From positions 11,842,001-11,906,000 of the forward strand of contig JBHGNT010000020.1 in NCBI GenBank assembly GCA_043228905.1: a DNA stretch of 64,000 nucleotides, read 5' to 3'. Under the pieces are notes generated by a model. The model had not been told where the DNA came from and made no database searches. It worked only from the letters and a program-made list of their open reading frames with translations. Position numbers and translations under genes: made by a program. Origin of the DNA: Azolla caroliniana. Its lineage: Eukaryota; Plantae; Polypodiophyta. Below, one piece after another: positions 50,305 to 61,783 of the stretch (positions are counted from its first letter, which is position 1; each line of letters starts with the position of its first letter).

Positions 50305-52440
50305 AGAGGGCTGCCAAGGCGTGGGGCCGCGACAGTCCGGACACTCTGGGAAAACCCCACAAATGTACGATAGGAGCGAAACCGAAGAAACCTTGTACCA
50401 TAAGTAGGAAGTTTTGTTTCTCCGACAATGGAGGGTGTACGATAGTCGGCGTCATAGGCCGAGAAAAGACAAGGGCGGAAGAGCGACTTCGGGCGTGCGG
50501 AGTTCTCGGGCCCAACGAGGAAATCAACGGAGCCGTGGAGGCGGTCTCCTTCGATGATACCTTGGGAATACTGCGAGAGGTGGTCGGAGAGGGCCTTAAA
50601 GAGGACCGGATGATACCGGTTTGTTTAGAAGAGATGTATGAAGTCATCGCGGACTTCAGTCGAGGGCTCGAGTCGGATCGGACGGCCCGGGTTAACATGA
50701 AGTACAAGACTGTGGACCGGAAGGTAAGGCTAGTCGCGGCACCCTTACCAGAGGGCAGCGAGTTGCGAATCAAGGGGGTCGCATCGGACCCCAGTTTACG
50801 TGATCCGGCCTGCATAGGACACACCTTCACCGACAGAACGCTACGGGAGCTCAAAATCGGTGGGGGCGGGTTCCTACTGCCGGCGGAAGAAGACCGGTTT
50901 CGGAGAATGCTCGGAAGGTACGGGAAAGCCTTCGCATTCTCACCGGAAGAAATCGGGTGCGTAGACCCGACAGTCGTAAAGCCGATGGTGATATTCACGG
51001 TACCGCATGTGCCGTGGAATCTCAAACCGATTCCGGTACCGAGAGCTCACATCCCGGAGCTGATGGAGCTGTTGAGGCAGAAAATCAATATGGGCATCCT
51101 CGAACCGTCGAGTGCCCCGTACTCAAACCGGTGGTTTACAACACCCGAAGAAGAGGAACGACATCCCGCTCCGAGTAGTGGCGATGAAGGAGGAACAAGA
51201 GGAATTGCTGAAGGCCTACTACGACAACCCCTGGGTTGGGCACCGTGGGACGTGGGCCACGTTCGAGAAGCTAAAGGGGAAGTACTGGTGGCCGGGACTG
51301 TACCGGGACGTGCATCGGTTCGTGACAACTTGTGAGAGCTGTCAGATGCACTCCATAGTCCGACATCGGGACGAGCTTCACCCTACTTACCCTCCGGCCA
51401 TCCACTTCAAATGGATGGTAGATTTGGTGACGATGCCGATGTGCGTAGGGCAGATGCGATATCTGGTGCTGGCCCGGGAAGACCTAACGAACCAGGTGGA
51501 AGGCTGAGCCCTGCAGAACAAAACAACCGCGGCCGTGTGTGGATTCCTGATCGAGGACGTGATATGCCGGTACGGGTGCGTCGGGAAGATTGTGGCTGAC
51601 CGCGGGGAGTTGGACGCCGAAGAGGCCGAGGAGCTGTTCGATCGGTTAGGGGTCAAGCTCTCGCTCACCACAACGTACAATCCGGAGGCGAACGGGAAGG
51701 TGGAGCGCGGACACGGACCGATCGTCAAAGCGCTAGTCCGGGCATGCGGAGGCTAGGTCGGGAACTGGCCACGACTGTTACCTTATGCCTTGTGGGCGGA
51801 CAGGACAACACACAGTTCGGTAACAGGGTTCATGCCGTCAGAGCTCATGTTCGGACAGAAGCCGATCATCCCGATGGAACGGACGATCTCCTCTTGGGCG
51901 ACAGTGAACTGGAGAGACGAGATGAGCCGAGAAGAACTGCTAGCGGCGCGTATACGGCAACTCGAGCGGAGGCCAGAGGACGTGGAACGAGCGGCGGAGA
52001 GACTTCGGACGACGAGGATGAAGAACAAAGCCCGGTTCGACCGAACGCACCGGCTCTGGCCTAAGAAAGTCGAGGAAGGCGACTGGGTGCTAGTCTACGA
52101 CAGCAGCCTCGACAACCAGCACCGAGCAACACGGAAGTTTGCGAAGCGGTGGTTCGGGCCTTACGTGGTAACGAGCGCCAACGACAACGGGACGTATCAC
52201 CTGGCGGAACTCGACGGTACGAGGATGGCGATGCCGGTAGCGGGGAAGCGGATCAAAGCGTTCAAGAAACGCCACGACGACGAACCGGATCTAAGAGGCC
52301 TGGATAGCGAAGACGAACAGTCCGAAACGGAGGGCGAACCGATGGACGAAGAAACGGAACCCAGACCGGTTTTCTCCAACCAGAAACCAATTTTGGCACA
52401 TACCGGTGGATGCGCGGTTAGGTGGGGGCGGATGTCATGA
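50298..52440 (+). pseudogene. Gypsy pol in the -1 frame: RT N-terminus fused by deletion to integrase
   Basis: PWNLKPIPVPRA..GILEPSSAPYSNRWFT breaks at ~51140. Integrase follows: GHRGTWATF..YWWPGLYRDV..CESCQ, WMVDLV, IVADRGE, YNPEANGKVERGH, and GPY/F-type WFGPYVV. Confidence 0.9.
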
Positions 52441-55400
52441 AGAAAACCGTCCCTTGGCGCAATCGGTGAATAGCGCACGTGAACCGGCTCTTCACGTGTG
52501 CGCGCCCTTAATGCATATAATATGGAATTAAGTACAAAGGCATATCCGGGTAGTTAGATTCGGTAGGTAGGAAGTAAATGAGGGAGACGGCTCCCTTCTG
52601 GAAGCTATAAAGGAGAGGGAGACGCAGGGAGAAGGGATCACGCATTGAGGAGGACGAAGTGCTGTTGGACCGGGACCGAACGCTTCTCCTCTGTCTGTTC
52701 TCTATTGCTCTTCTCTGCAGGTTTCGGGAGGCTCGCGCTGCTTCGAGGAACGCCCGTGTGCTTCCGGTAGCACCTCCATCCTATTCCCTTTACGTGCGCA
52801 GACGAACAGGCATCGACATCTGTTCGCCGGCCTGTTCGGTCGTAACCGCTCGCGTGCTCTGTTGTGTACTTGTTATTCGTTAATATACAAAGACTTGTGT
52901 CTCCCTGTCTCTGTGTCCGTTCGCGTCTTCTGTGTTGACAGGCCGTGCCCCCTGTGTTTCTTTGCTCATACGTGACTGGGCGCCTCTCTCTTTCTCTTTC
53001 CCCTTCTATCACCTGCTCTTTGGTTCAAGACCCCGGTGGTCCCGCCTCGTTTCTCCACGCACGCGCGTAGTAACGCGACAACGTCAAATCACATGAGGAG
53101 CCATAAGGAGTGGTTCTCGTACCTTGAGAAACCGATGCAACCAGGAGTAGTCGCAACCGGAGATGACACTCCGCATCCGATTGCGAATATCGGTGAAGTT
53201 CCCTTGAGCCATGTCGGGCCAAAAGGGAAACTCATAAACGTGCTACACGTTCCGACAATAACGAAGAACTTGGTGTTGGTTGGGCAGATCGTCAACTAGG
53301 GGATGCAGGTTCGGTTTACACACCTCGGGTTCTTCATTGAGGAAGAAGGCCATGTTATTGCGCAAGGGCGTAGAGATGGGAGGATGTTCATCCTCGATTC
53401 TACTGACGGTGGCACCGCAATCTTCGCGAAGGGACAAAAAGTCGAGTCAGACATCGACTTATGGCACAAGCTGATAGGCCACGTTAACTACCAACGGCTT
53501 CAGGACCTGCAATCGAAACATGTGGTGTTTGGATTGCCCAAATTTAGTGGCCGGAAGGCACAAATTTGTGAAGCCTGCCAGCTTGGGAAGCAACACCGAC
53601 TTCCCTTCCCCAACGAGCGTAACCGGAGCCGGAACAAGCTCGATTTGATACACTTCGATGTGTGGGGGCTGGCACAAAACGTTAGTCTTGGTGGGAGCCG
53701 ATATTTCGTCCCCTTCATCGACGACTACACGCGGCACACATGGATCTACCTCATTGAGAGGAAGCTCAGCGAAGTCTTCGATTGTTTCCGGGACCTCAAA
53801 GGGTTCGTGGAAACGGAAACAGGAAGAAAGATCAAGTGCCTGCGGTCGGATGGTGGAAAAGAATACTTTTCCGGTCAATTCAACGGTTATCTACAACAGA
53901 TGGGAATTCGGTGCGAATTCAATTGTAGATACACGCCGGAGCAAAATGGTGTGGCCGAGAGGAAAAATTGGTCGGTTGTGGAAGCGGCACGAGTAATGCT
54001 AGAGGAGAAGAGCTTGCCCAAGTTCTATTGGGCTGAGGCGGTAAGGACCGCGGTATACATCTAGAACCGGATTGGAGTCAAAGTGTCGGCGCACGAGCTA
54101 TATTTCGGAACGAAGCCGAACTTGCGACACTTACGAGTTTTCGGTAGCATTGCGTATGTGCATGTGCCGAAGGAGAAAAGGAGGAAGTTGGACGCAAAAG
54201 CCGAGAAGTGTATCCTGGTCGGCTATTCGGACGAGCAGAAGGGTTATAAGTGCTATAACCCGCGTACCAAACAAGCGCGCGTGAGCCGCGACGTTGTGTT
54301 TGATGAGTCCGCGTCCTGGTACTTGCCTCCGACTCCGGACCTCACCTCCAATTCAAGTTCTGACGATGAGGACAGCGAGGCTGAGGTGCCTCTGGTTGAG
54401 CTTGAAATCGGGACCCCCGAAGAGAGTCCGATTTTGTTTCGGTTAAGTGGACCGAATGAACGACTGAGTCGGTATGACTAGTCCGATGAAGAGCCGATGA
54501 GTAGTGGAGACTCGGCTCTGCATTCCCCGTGCAGGAAGCCGAGGAGACCGTTTACGTGCAAAGAAAAAGGGAAGAAAAAGGTGTCGGATTCCGGCATGGA
54601 AGGAAATGAGTCAGACCGACGCGAGTCCGACTCTGAGGGAAGCGGTGACGGGTCTTCAAGAGCGAAGTCCGCGTCGGCTGAGAAGACCTCGACATCAGCT
54701 AATGACTGATTACGCCGATCTACCCGCCAGAAGAACCCAATTGTGCGGTTCGGATACAACGAGTACATGGCGCATCATTATGCGTACATGACCCGTGTAG
54801 CGGAAGTGCATGAGCCGGAGAGCTACGCAGAAGCGGCTAAGGACGCGAATTGGCGCGCCGCGATGGAGGAAGAGATGCACGCATTGGCGGAAAACGAGAC
54901 TTGGGACTTGGTTGATGCACCGAAGGGTGTGAAGCCGATCAGATGTAGGTGGGTGTACAAGGTCAAGTACAACACCGACGGCTCGGTCAACCGATACAAG
55001 GCCCGTTTAGTGGCAAAAGGCTATGTGCAGAAACACGGCATCGACTACGATGAGACATTTGCGCCGGTCGCGAAGATGACGACCGTCCGTGTTTTGCTCG
55101 CGGTAGTTGCGGCAAAGGGGCGGCACTTACATCAGATGGATGTAAAGAATGCGTTCCTTCAAGGTGAGCTTGAGGAACAGGTGTACATGGTACAGCCCCC
55201 CGGATTTCACTCCGGAATGAACACTTCGGCGGTGTGCCGATTGAAGAAGTCCCTTTACGGACTGAAGCAAGCCCCGCTTGCCTGGAACGCGAAGATCACG
55301 CAACAACTGTGTCGGTTGGGCTTTGCAACGTCCAAATCAGACTCTTCCCTGTTCATCCGGAAAGGTTGACTCGGGCTGGTCAGTATTTTACTCTATGTTG

Positions 55401-57878
55401 ATGACTTGGTCATCACCGGCGCTGACCTAGGTGAAATCAACTGCGTGAAGCTCCAGCTTGCGGCATCGTTCGACATGAAGGATCTGGGGGACCTTCAATA
55501 CTTCCTCGGGATCGAAGTGATCCGCACCCCTGAAGGCATACTGATCAACCAACGACATTACGCGCTGAATATGCTCTTCAAATTCGGGATGGCCGACTGT
55601 AAGTCCGTCTCGACTCCTCTGGATAGAACCGGCAAGCTTCGCCCCAATTCCGGCAAGGTTTGCGATCCGACAAGGTTCCGACAAATTGTCGGAAGCCTTA
55701 TGTACTTGACAATCACCCGACCCGATCTCAGTTATCCGGTCGGGGTGATCAGTCAGTTTATGGTGCGACCTACCGAGGAGCACCTTCAGTGTGCGCAATG
55801 CGTACTGCCGTACGTAAGCGGCAGTAAGGACCAGGGACTGCTATTTTGGACCGGTCTAGCCCCGCAGTTGGTCGGCTACACTGATGTTGATTGGGCTAGC
55901 AATGCCGCCGATCGTTGATCCACGTCCGGATACGCGTTCTCTCTTGGGAGTGCCGCGATCGTGTGGAGTAGTAAGAAGCAGCCGATAGTTGTACTGTCGA
56001 GCACCGAAGCCGAGTATAGAGGAGCGGCTGTCGCGACATGCGAAGCCGTATGGTTGAAGTGGCTACTTAAGGATCTGCAGGTAGAGGTGTCCGATCCAAT
56101 GACGATCTACTGCGACAACCTCAGCAGCATCCAGCTCGCGAAGAACCCTGTTTTCCACGCATGGACCAAGCACATTGAGGTGCACTACCATTTCGTCCAT
56201 GAGCGTGTCCTTTCTGGTGACGTCGAACTTCAGCATGTTTCGACGGATCGGCAGACCGTCAACATTTTCACCAAGCCTCTTGGTCTGGACAAGTTGCGGC
56301 AATTCTCAGGTGCGCTTGGGTTGCGTCACCTCGACGTGCCAAACTTGAGGGGGAGAGACGTCGTCCCGAATGACCAAGGAAGTAAGCAGGAAAGGAGCGG
56401 AGAAGACCGCGACGCTGAGTCGGATGACGAATTCGACTTCGGATTGGCTGAAGAGGTCGAGGGTGGATCCGCGGAAGAGTCCAAAAGCGACCAAAAGGCG
56501 AGCAACCGAAAGAAAGAGCCGGAGCCAACCAAGCATGGGGGAAATGACGCCGTCAAGGGAGAGAAGACCGAAGATGAGTTGGAGACAACCAACTCGGACG
56601 ACAGCAAAAACTGATCGGAGGTAGCCGAGTCGTTTCGGATGTTTGATTCGGATACACTGAATCAACCAAGGGCCAAGCGGAAAAGAAGGCAACAGAAGAA
56701 GCGCCAACACCACGACAACAAGGGAGCTGTGAAGGGCCGTACCGACCGGAAGGGTCGAAGTTCACAAAGTCGAACAAGCCGAGGAGCGCGAGCGAGGCGT
56801 GGAGCCAAGAGGAACCAGAGCGGTGATTCGGAAGATCCCGAAGAGCCTCAAGTTGAGCTTGAGGGGGAGTGTTGAGAGACAAGCTCAACATCGGCCGGAT
56901 CGCCTAAGCAAGCTGAGGAACGGATCGGTTGGGACCGATAAGTTAGGCCGGACTGGTGCGTAAAACGGATGCGTAAACCGGTATGCAAACCAGTGCGTAG
57001 GAAGGCCATATCGGTGCGTAAACTGAGAGGCCGTTAGAAAGATATTCCTCGTAAGGAATAGTTTTTGGAGTAAGAGTCGAGGCTCATTTATGAGCAGTCA
57101 AGTACTGTCAGTACTTGTGTCAGCCCGATTGTTAGGGCTTGTATAAAAGTGCTCACTGAGCACATCCTATGTACAGATTGAGTATTATCTTTTTGAATTA
57201 AGTTCTTGTGTTTACTCTCTCTCTCTTTGTCTCTCCCGTGCGTACTGTGCAAACCTAAGCTTTCCATTAAACTTGCATTATCTGTTGTTCGGTTTTCTAT
57301 ATTGCTTCCGCACGCAATTCTTTTCAGAATTTTATTCCTTTTTGCATTAAAGCGAAATTGGTAAACCCCCCTTTTTTTCCTATAAAAGGAGGTAGAGGGG
57401 AGCTCATTCGAGAGGACTTTTTGGGAGGAGGAGACTATCGTCATTTTTCCTTAGGAGCTCTTCATCTTCTTATTCGCCACTTCTCTTCATCTCATACCCC
57501 TTCATCCCCCCATCGCCACGTGCTCGTCTTCTTCGCGTTGGCACTCGAAGTGCTCGTGAGCCCAAGCTTCGTTGGTTCGATGTTGCTCTGCCCCGTTCGT
57601 CGTTGCGAGCCCGTGTGCTCGCCGTTCGGGTGGTTGTGGTTCGTTGGGATTGGCGTTTTGGTAGTGCTTGTGTGTTCATCTTCGCCGTGTTCGGATTTGC
57701 TCTTATCTCTTAGGGCATTTAGTATTTATGTTTTGATTGAGCTTGTGGTTAACTATAAGTTGCCATTGTAATCAAACCCTATTTTATAAAGGGTCCTCTT
57801 GCATTGGAATTGAACACGTATTTATTTCTTTGGCCGATATAATTCGTGTTTCTTTCAAGTTTCCTTCTTTCTTTGTTC

Positions 57879-58600
57879 GTGTCTTCCTTGTACGTTTGGC
57901 CGTCTTGTGACAAGGGACAGTTTCGGGCTTGCCCATGCACCTCTCCTCCTCATAAAGGCATACGAGCATTTGTGCGTGTGTTTGTGTCTTCCTTGTACGT
58001 TCGTCTGTCTTGTGACGAGGAACTGTTTCGGGTGTGCCCATGCACCTCTCCTCCTCATAAAGACGTATGAGCATTTGTGTGTGTGTTTGTGTCTTCCTTG
58101 TACGTTTGGCCGTCTTGTGAAGAGGGAGCATTTCGAGCGTGCCCATGCACCTCTCCTCCTCATAAAGACGTACGAGCATTTGTGCGTGTGTTTTGTGTCT
58201 TCCTTGTACGTTCGACTGTCTTGTCACGAGGGACCGTTTCGGGCTTGCCCATGCACCTCTCCTCCTCATAAAGGCGTACAAGCATTTTGTGCGTGTGTTT
58301 GTGTCTTCCTTGTATGTTCGGTCGTCTCGTGGCGAGGGAGCGTTCGGGCTTGCCCATGCACCTCTCCTCGTAAAGGCGTACGAGCATTTTGTGTGTGTGT
58401 TTGTGTCTTCCTTGTACATTCGGCCATCTTGTGACGAGGGAGCGTTTCGGGCGTGCCCATGCACCTCTCCTCCTGATAAAGTCGTACGAGCATTTGTACG
58501 TGTGTTTGTGACTTCCTTGTATGTTCGGTCGTCTTGTGACGAGGGAGCATTTGGGCTTGCCCACGCACCTCTCCTCCTCATAAAGACATACGAGCTCGTG
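57879..58600. repeat. Tandem array of about seven ~105-bp units within the LTR
   Basis: gtgtcttccttgta...gcccatgcacctctcctcctcataaag recurs at ~57879, 57984, 58090, 58195, 58301, 58403 and 58508. Confidence 0.93.
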
Positions 58601-58657
58601 TTTGTGTTATCGTCCCCTTGTGCGTTCATCTTGTGTGCTCATCTTGCTTGTACCCGT

Positions 58658-61033
58658 TGTTGTGAAGAAAACCGGCCATAGGCGGAATTGGAGAAAAAGG
58701 CGCATGAACCGGCTCTTACACGGATGGACGCGTGAATTGATATTTTGTACACGATTCATAAATGGATCGGTTGATGTAAATACTAAGTAGTACACATTTA
58801 TTAGGGGATTGTGCGTATCTCTGTCAGAAGGGAGAGGGAATAAAGCGATTTGACTAGGGATGGGAACTATAAAAAGGAAAAGAGAGAGGGGAGAAATATA
58901 TCGCGCGTTGGCGAGGACAAATGGCTACTGCAGAACGGAGTGCCTCTCTCTCTCCGAGAATCATTGTTCTCTGCGGGTGTCGAGAGTTCGCTGCCTCTGC
59001 TTCGTGGACAGCCCGTGTGCTTCCAGCAGAGGCTCTCCCTTCTACGTTTTCGGGGTCCAGTGTGTTCCGTTTGTGTGCGTGAGTAGGGTCCCCGTGTCGG
59101 GTCCATCGCCGGCTCGCCGGTTGTAACCGTCAGAGTTTGTAATCTCTTGATATTGTCATCGACTGTTATTGTAATCAAGGGTTCCGTTTGTTCTCCTCCT
59201 TCGCGTGGCTGTCGACGCTGGACCGGACTATGCTCGAAATGAGTCGAGTACTACTATTTGTCAAGTCGGTGGACGCGCTCGACAGGGAAAAGGTGGGTCC
59301 CCTATTGGAAACGGACAAAGGTCTCACGACAGATTGGGCCGTGGTAAAACGGGTCTGTAGCCGTTTCGACAAACGACGCGATTGGAGCGACGAAAGCTCA
59401 TCGGTATCAGGGCCGGTCCCGAGGAGGAGGTCCGAGGAGCCGGTATTGGTGTCGACCGGAAGGAAGGAAGAGACCAGAATCTGGCCAGAGTCGGGGTCGA
59501 CATCGAACGATGTGGTCAGAGGCCCATCCGGAGGAGCGGCTCTGGAGGAGCTGACATAGATGGTGCGCGACCTGCAGATCGCACTGGCCCAGAGAGACAG
59601 CGGCAAACAACCTCGCGACCGGCGGCCGCTGGCTGGGCAGCGGTGCATGTGGTGTGACGCGATCGGTCACATTCGGAAGGATTGCCCGGATTTCGCCAAC
59701 GCACTTAGGACCAACGTGGTGTACCTCTGGAACGGGCGGGTGCACGCGAGCGAGACCCGGAGAGCCCTAGAACTGAATACGGGGTGCGGCGGAATGAAGA
59801 GGTTGATGGAAGAGGCCGCGGCACGGCACGTCGAAGCCGTTAACTACTCAGTGTCGGCGGGAATTCGGGTCGGGGGTGATGAGACCCGGAAGGCGAAGGA
59901 CTCCGGATTTTGGCCGCTAGTGCTAGAAGAACTCTCCGGAGTTCGGCTGAAGAAGGAAGAGGCGGACCGCGCGGAACAACGAGTCCAGGAGGTCACCGGT
60001 TGGGACGATCCGGTTAAAGAGAAAACGGGCTTCGTAGAAGCCGCTTGCCAGAACTATGAGGTTCTGGTGGAGGACAAACGAGCAGGAAAGGCCGGAGGGG
60101 TTGGTCCCCAGCAGAGGTATGAGACCCGGTTCGGACGGAAAGAAGCAGGCGGGGTTTCGGTTGAGCACCGAACTCGAAAGGACCACAGACTTGTGAAAGG
60201 TCTTGGAGGAACGTATCCTTGACAGTAAAGTGGAGCTGTCATTGCGGGAGGTGCTAGGAATCGCCAAGAGGGAGTTCCACGACTCTATCGTAGACTTGGT
60301 GAAGCGGAAGAGGCTCTCGACGGAGCCCTAACCGGAGAAGCCGGTGGAGGTGCGGACCACGCACTTGGAAGACGAAGCCCTAGAAGACGAGTTGGCGGGA
60401 AGCTACTACACGAAGCCGCATTGGGCTAGGGAAACTACGGAAACCCCTGTACACAACGTTCTGGAACCGGTGGTGGCGTTGGTAGACCATGGATCCGAAA
60501 TCAACCTGATGTCCATGGATTTCTACAAGAAGGGTAAATGGCCGATCAACACCAAGCACGGCTGGAAGATACGGGCAGCAACATGCGCCACGGAAGAACT
60601 ACATGGGGCCTGTCCGAACGTACGGGTGAAAATCGACGATGTCGAGATCGACCAACACTTCTTCGTGCAGGAGACGTCCTCGCATCCGGTTATACTAGGA
60701 GAGCCATATATCACGGCGGCGCGGATGGAGACCAAGGTGCTAGACAACGGTTCAGCCTATGCAAGAGTCAAGAGCCAGGACGGGCGTCACTCGGTCCAGT
60801 TCCTAACGGTGCGACCAAACCACAAGCGTAACCGCGAGGCCCTCGACGGTGAAACCCGAGGGGATTTTTAGAGAGGGCTATCAAGGCGTGGGGCCGCGAT
60901 AGTCTGGACACCCGGGAAGAACCCCACAAATGTACAGTACGGAAGAAGACCTGTACCATAGGTAGGAAATTTTGGTTCTCCGACAACGGAGGTTGTACTA
61001 TGGCCGGCGTCAACGGCCGGGAAAGGAAGCGTC
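58658..61033 (+). mobile_element. Truncated Gypsy element related to 47486-53080 (partial LTR + internal gag-protease)
   Basis: LTR start tgttgtgaagaaaacc preceded by CCGT. A deletion at ~59195 jumps into mid-gag. Motifs CMWCDAIGHIRKDC and ALVDHGSEINLM; same GGATTTTTAG frameshift site at 60862-60871. Fused at ~61033 to Copia A gag. Confidence 0.9.
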
Positions 61034-61342
61034 CGACACTGGACGCAAAGCAGTACATCACTTTGCTTGCCGCTTGTTCCCACACTGGGAAGTCCTTGTG
61101 TGCCGCATCAAGTGTTGTGTCGTTAGCTCCGTCAACATAGCTCTAGTAACCATGCCCAAGCAGGTACTAGTGCATCGTGTATGACTAAGATGCGTAGTTG
61201 GATCTGTCGAGCTTCTCCATTGGGAGCAAGCTAGCGATTCCTTTGTCCATCACTTCTCTTTCTGCTCTTACCGGGTCTTAGGGTTTGTCTCTAGATGCTG
61301 ATGTCGGTTGTAGAGGTTCTCAACCCTCGCGCTCTGATACCA

Positions 61343-61783
61343 TGTAGAAACGAAGGTGCGGAAGCGTTAGACAACCTGCTTAGCCGGATAGCAACAGAGA
61401 GAGAGAGAGAGAGAGATTAACACACAGAGGGTATGTAGGAGAGATAGAGAGAGCAGAACAACATACATCTATTATCAAAAACTCTGTAAAATACTCCATA
61501 TATACAACGTGCTCAACAACACTATTTATACAAGTCCTAAGAGGATTGACAGAAGTACGGTGTACTTCAATTCTCACATGAGCGTTTGACACTAACTATG
61601 AGACATTAACTACCTAGTAGTCTAGGCTGCTACTAGGCTTCCGGTTACTGTTGAATCCGGTTAACTAGCTAACCGGCTCCCCAGCTCACCGGTTCACTTG
61701 CTCACTGGCTCATCCTTTTCGTATGCCGATCTGGCTCAGGCTTATTCAGCAGATCCTGATTTGGTTGAGCTTGCCGCTCAACA
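61343..61783 (-). repeat. 5' LTR of Copia A
   Basis: Abuts PBS gctctgatacca; homologous to 36332-36788; followed by TSD AAACC. Confidence 0.92.

Larger units (their letters stand above)
47486..53080 (+). mobile_element. Ty3/Gypsy LTR retrotransposon (tRNA-Trp primed, no chromodomain seen), RT/RNase H deleted
   Basis: 648-bp LTRs 47486-48133 and 52433-53080; 4-bp TSD GCGT/ACGT; PBS TGGTGAACCCGACGTGAA 48138-48155; PPT ggtgggggcgga before 52433. Inserted in the Copia B protease codons. Confidence 0.95.
45055..57326 (+). mobile_element. Copia element B, full length, pseudogenised, with two nested insertions
   Basis: LTRs 45055-45513 and 56870-57326; TSD GAATT/GAATT; PBS TGGTATCAGAGC 45514-45525; PPT GAGGGGGAG 56861-56869. 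Gag from 45596, protease WYIDSG|ASNHM split at 47485/53081, integrase 53303-54300, RT 54743-55900, RNase H 55961-56340. Confidence 0.96.
44715..58657 (+). mobile_element. Long LTR of a further family inserted in Copia A, split by Copia B (pieces 44715-45054 and 57327-58657)
   Basis: Begins TGTCGTGATGTGGC exactly where Copia A RT homology stops. Resumes after the GAATT TSD with a TATA block and a tandem array. Interrupted again at 58658; the right end is lost. Confidence 0.6.
36332..61783 (-). mobile_element. Copia element A (outermost host of the nest), internally deleted
   Basis: Related LTRs 36332-36788 and 61343-61783; TSD AAACC at 36327-36331 and 61784-61788; PBS TGGTATCAGAGC at 61331-61342; PPT at 36789-36797. 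Gag start at 61250 (MDKGIASLLPMEKLDRSNYAS); RT end and RNase H at 44142-44714 and 37410-37529. Confidence 0.92.

Noticed and set aside
57784-58681. Repetitive ORFs up to 281 aa, and a superficially CRISPR-like array
   Set aside because: These are readings of a ~105-bp tandem array. There are no unique spacers and no cas genes, and the context is eukaryotic.
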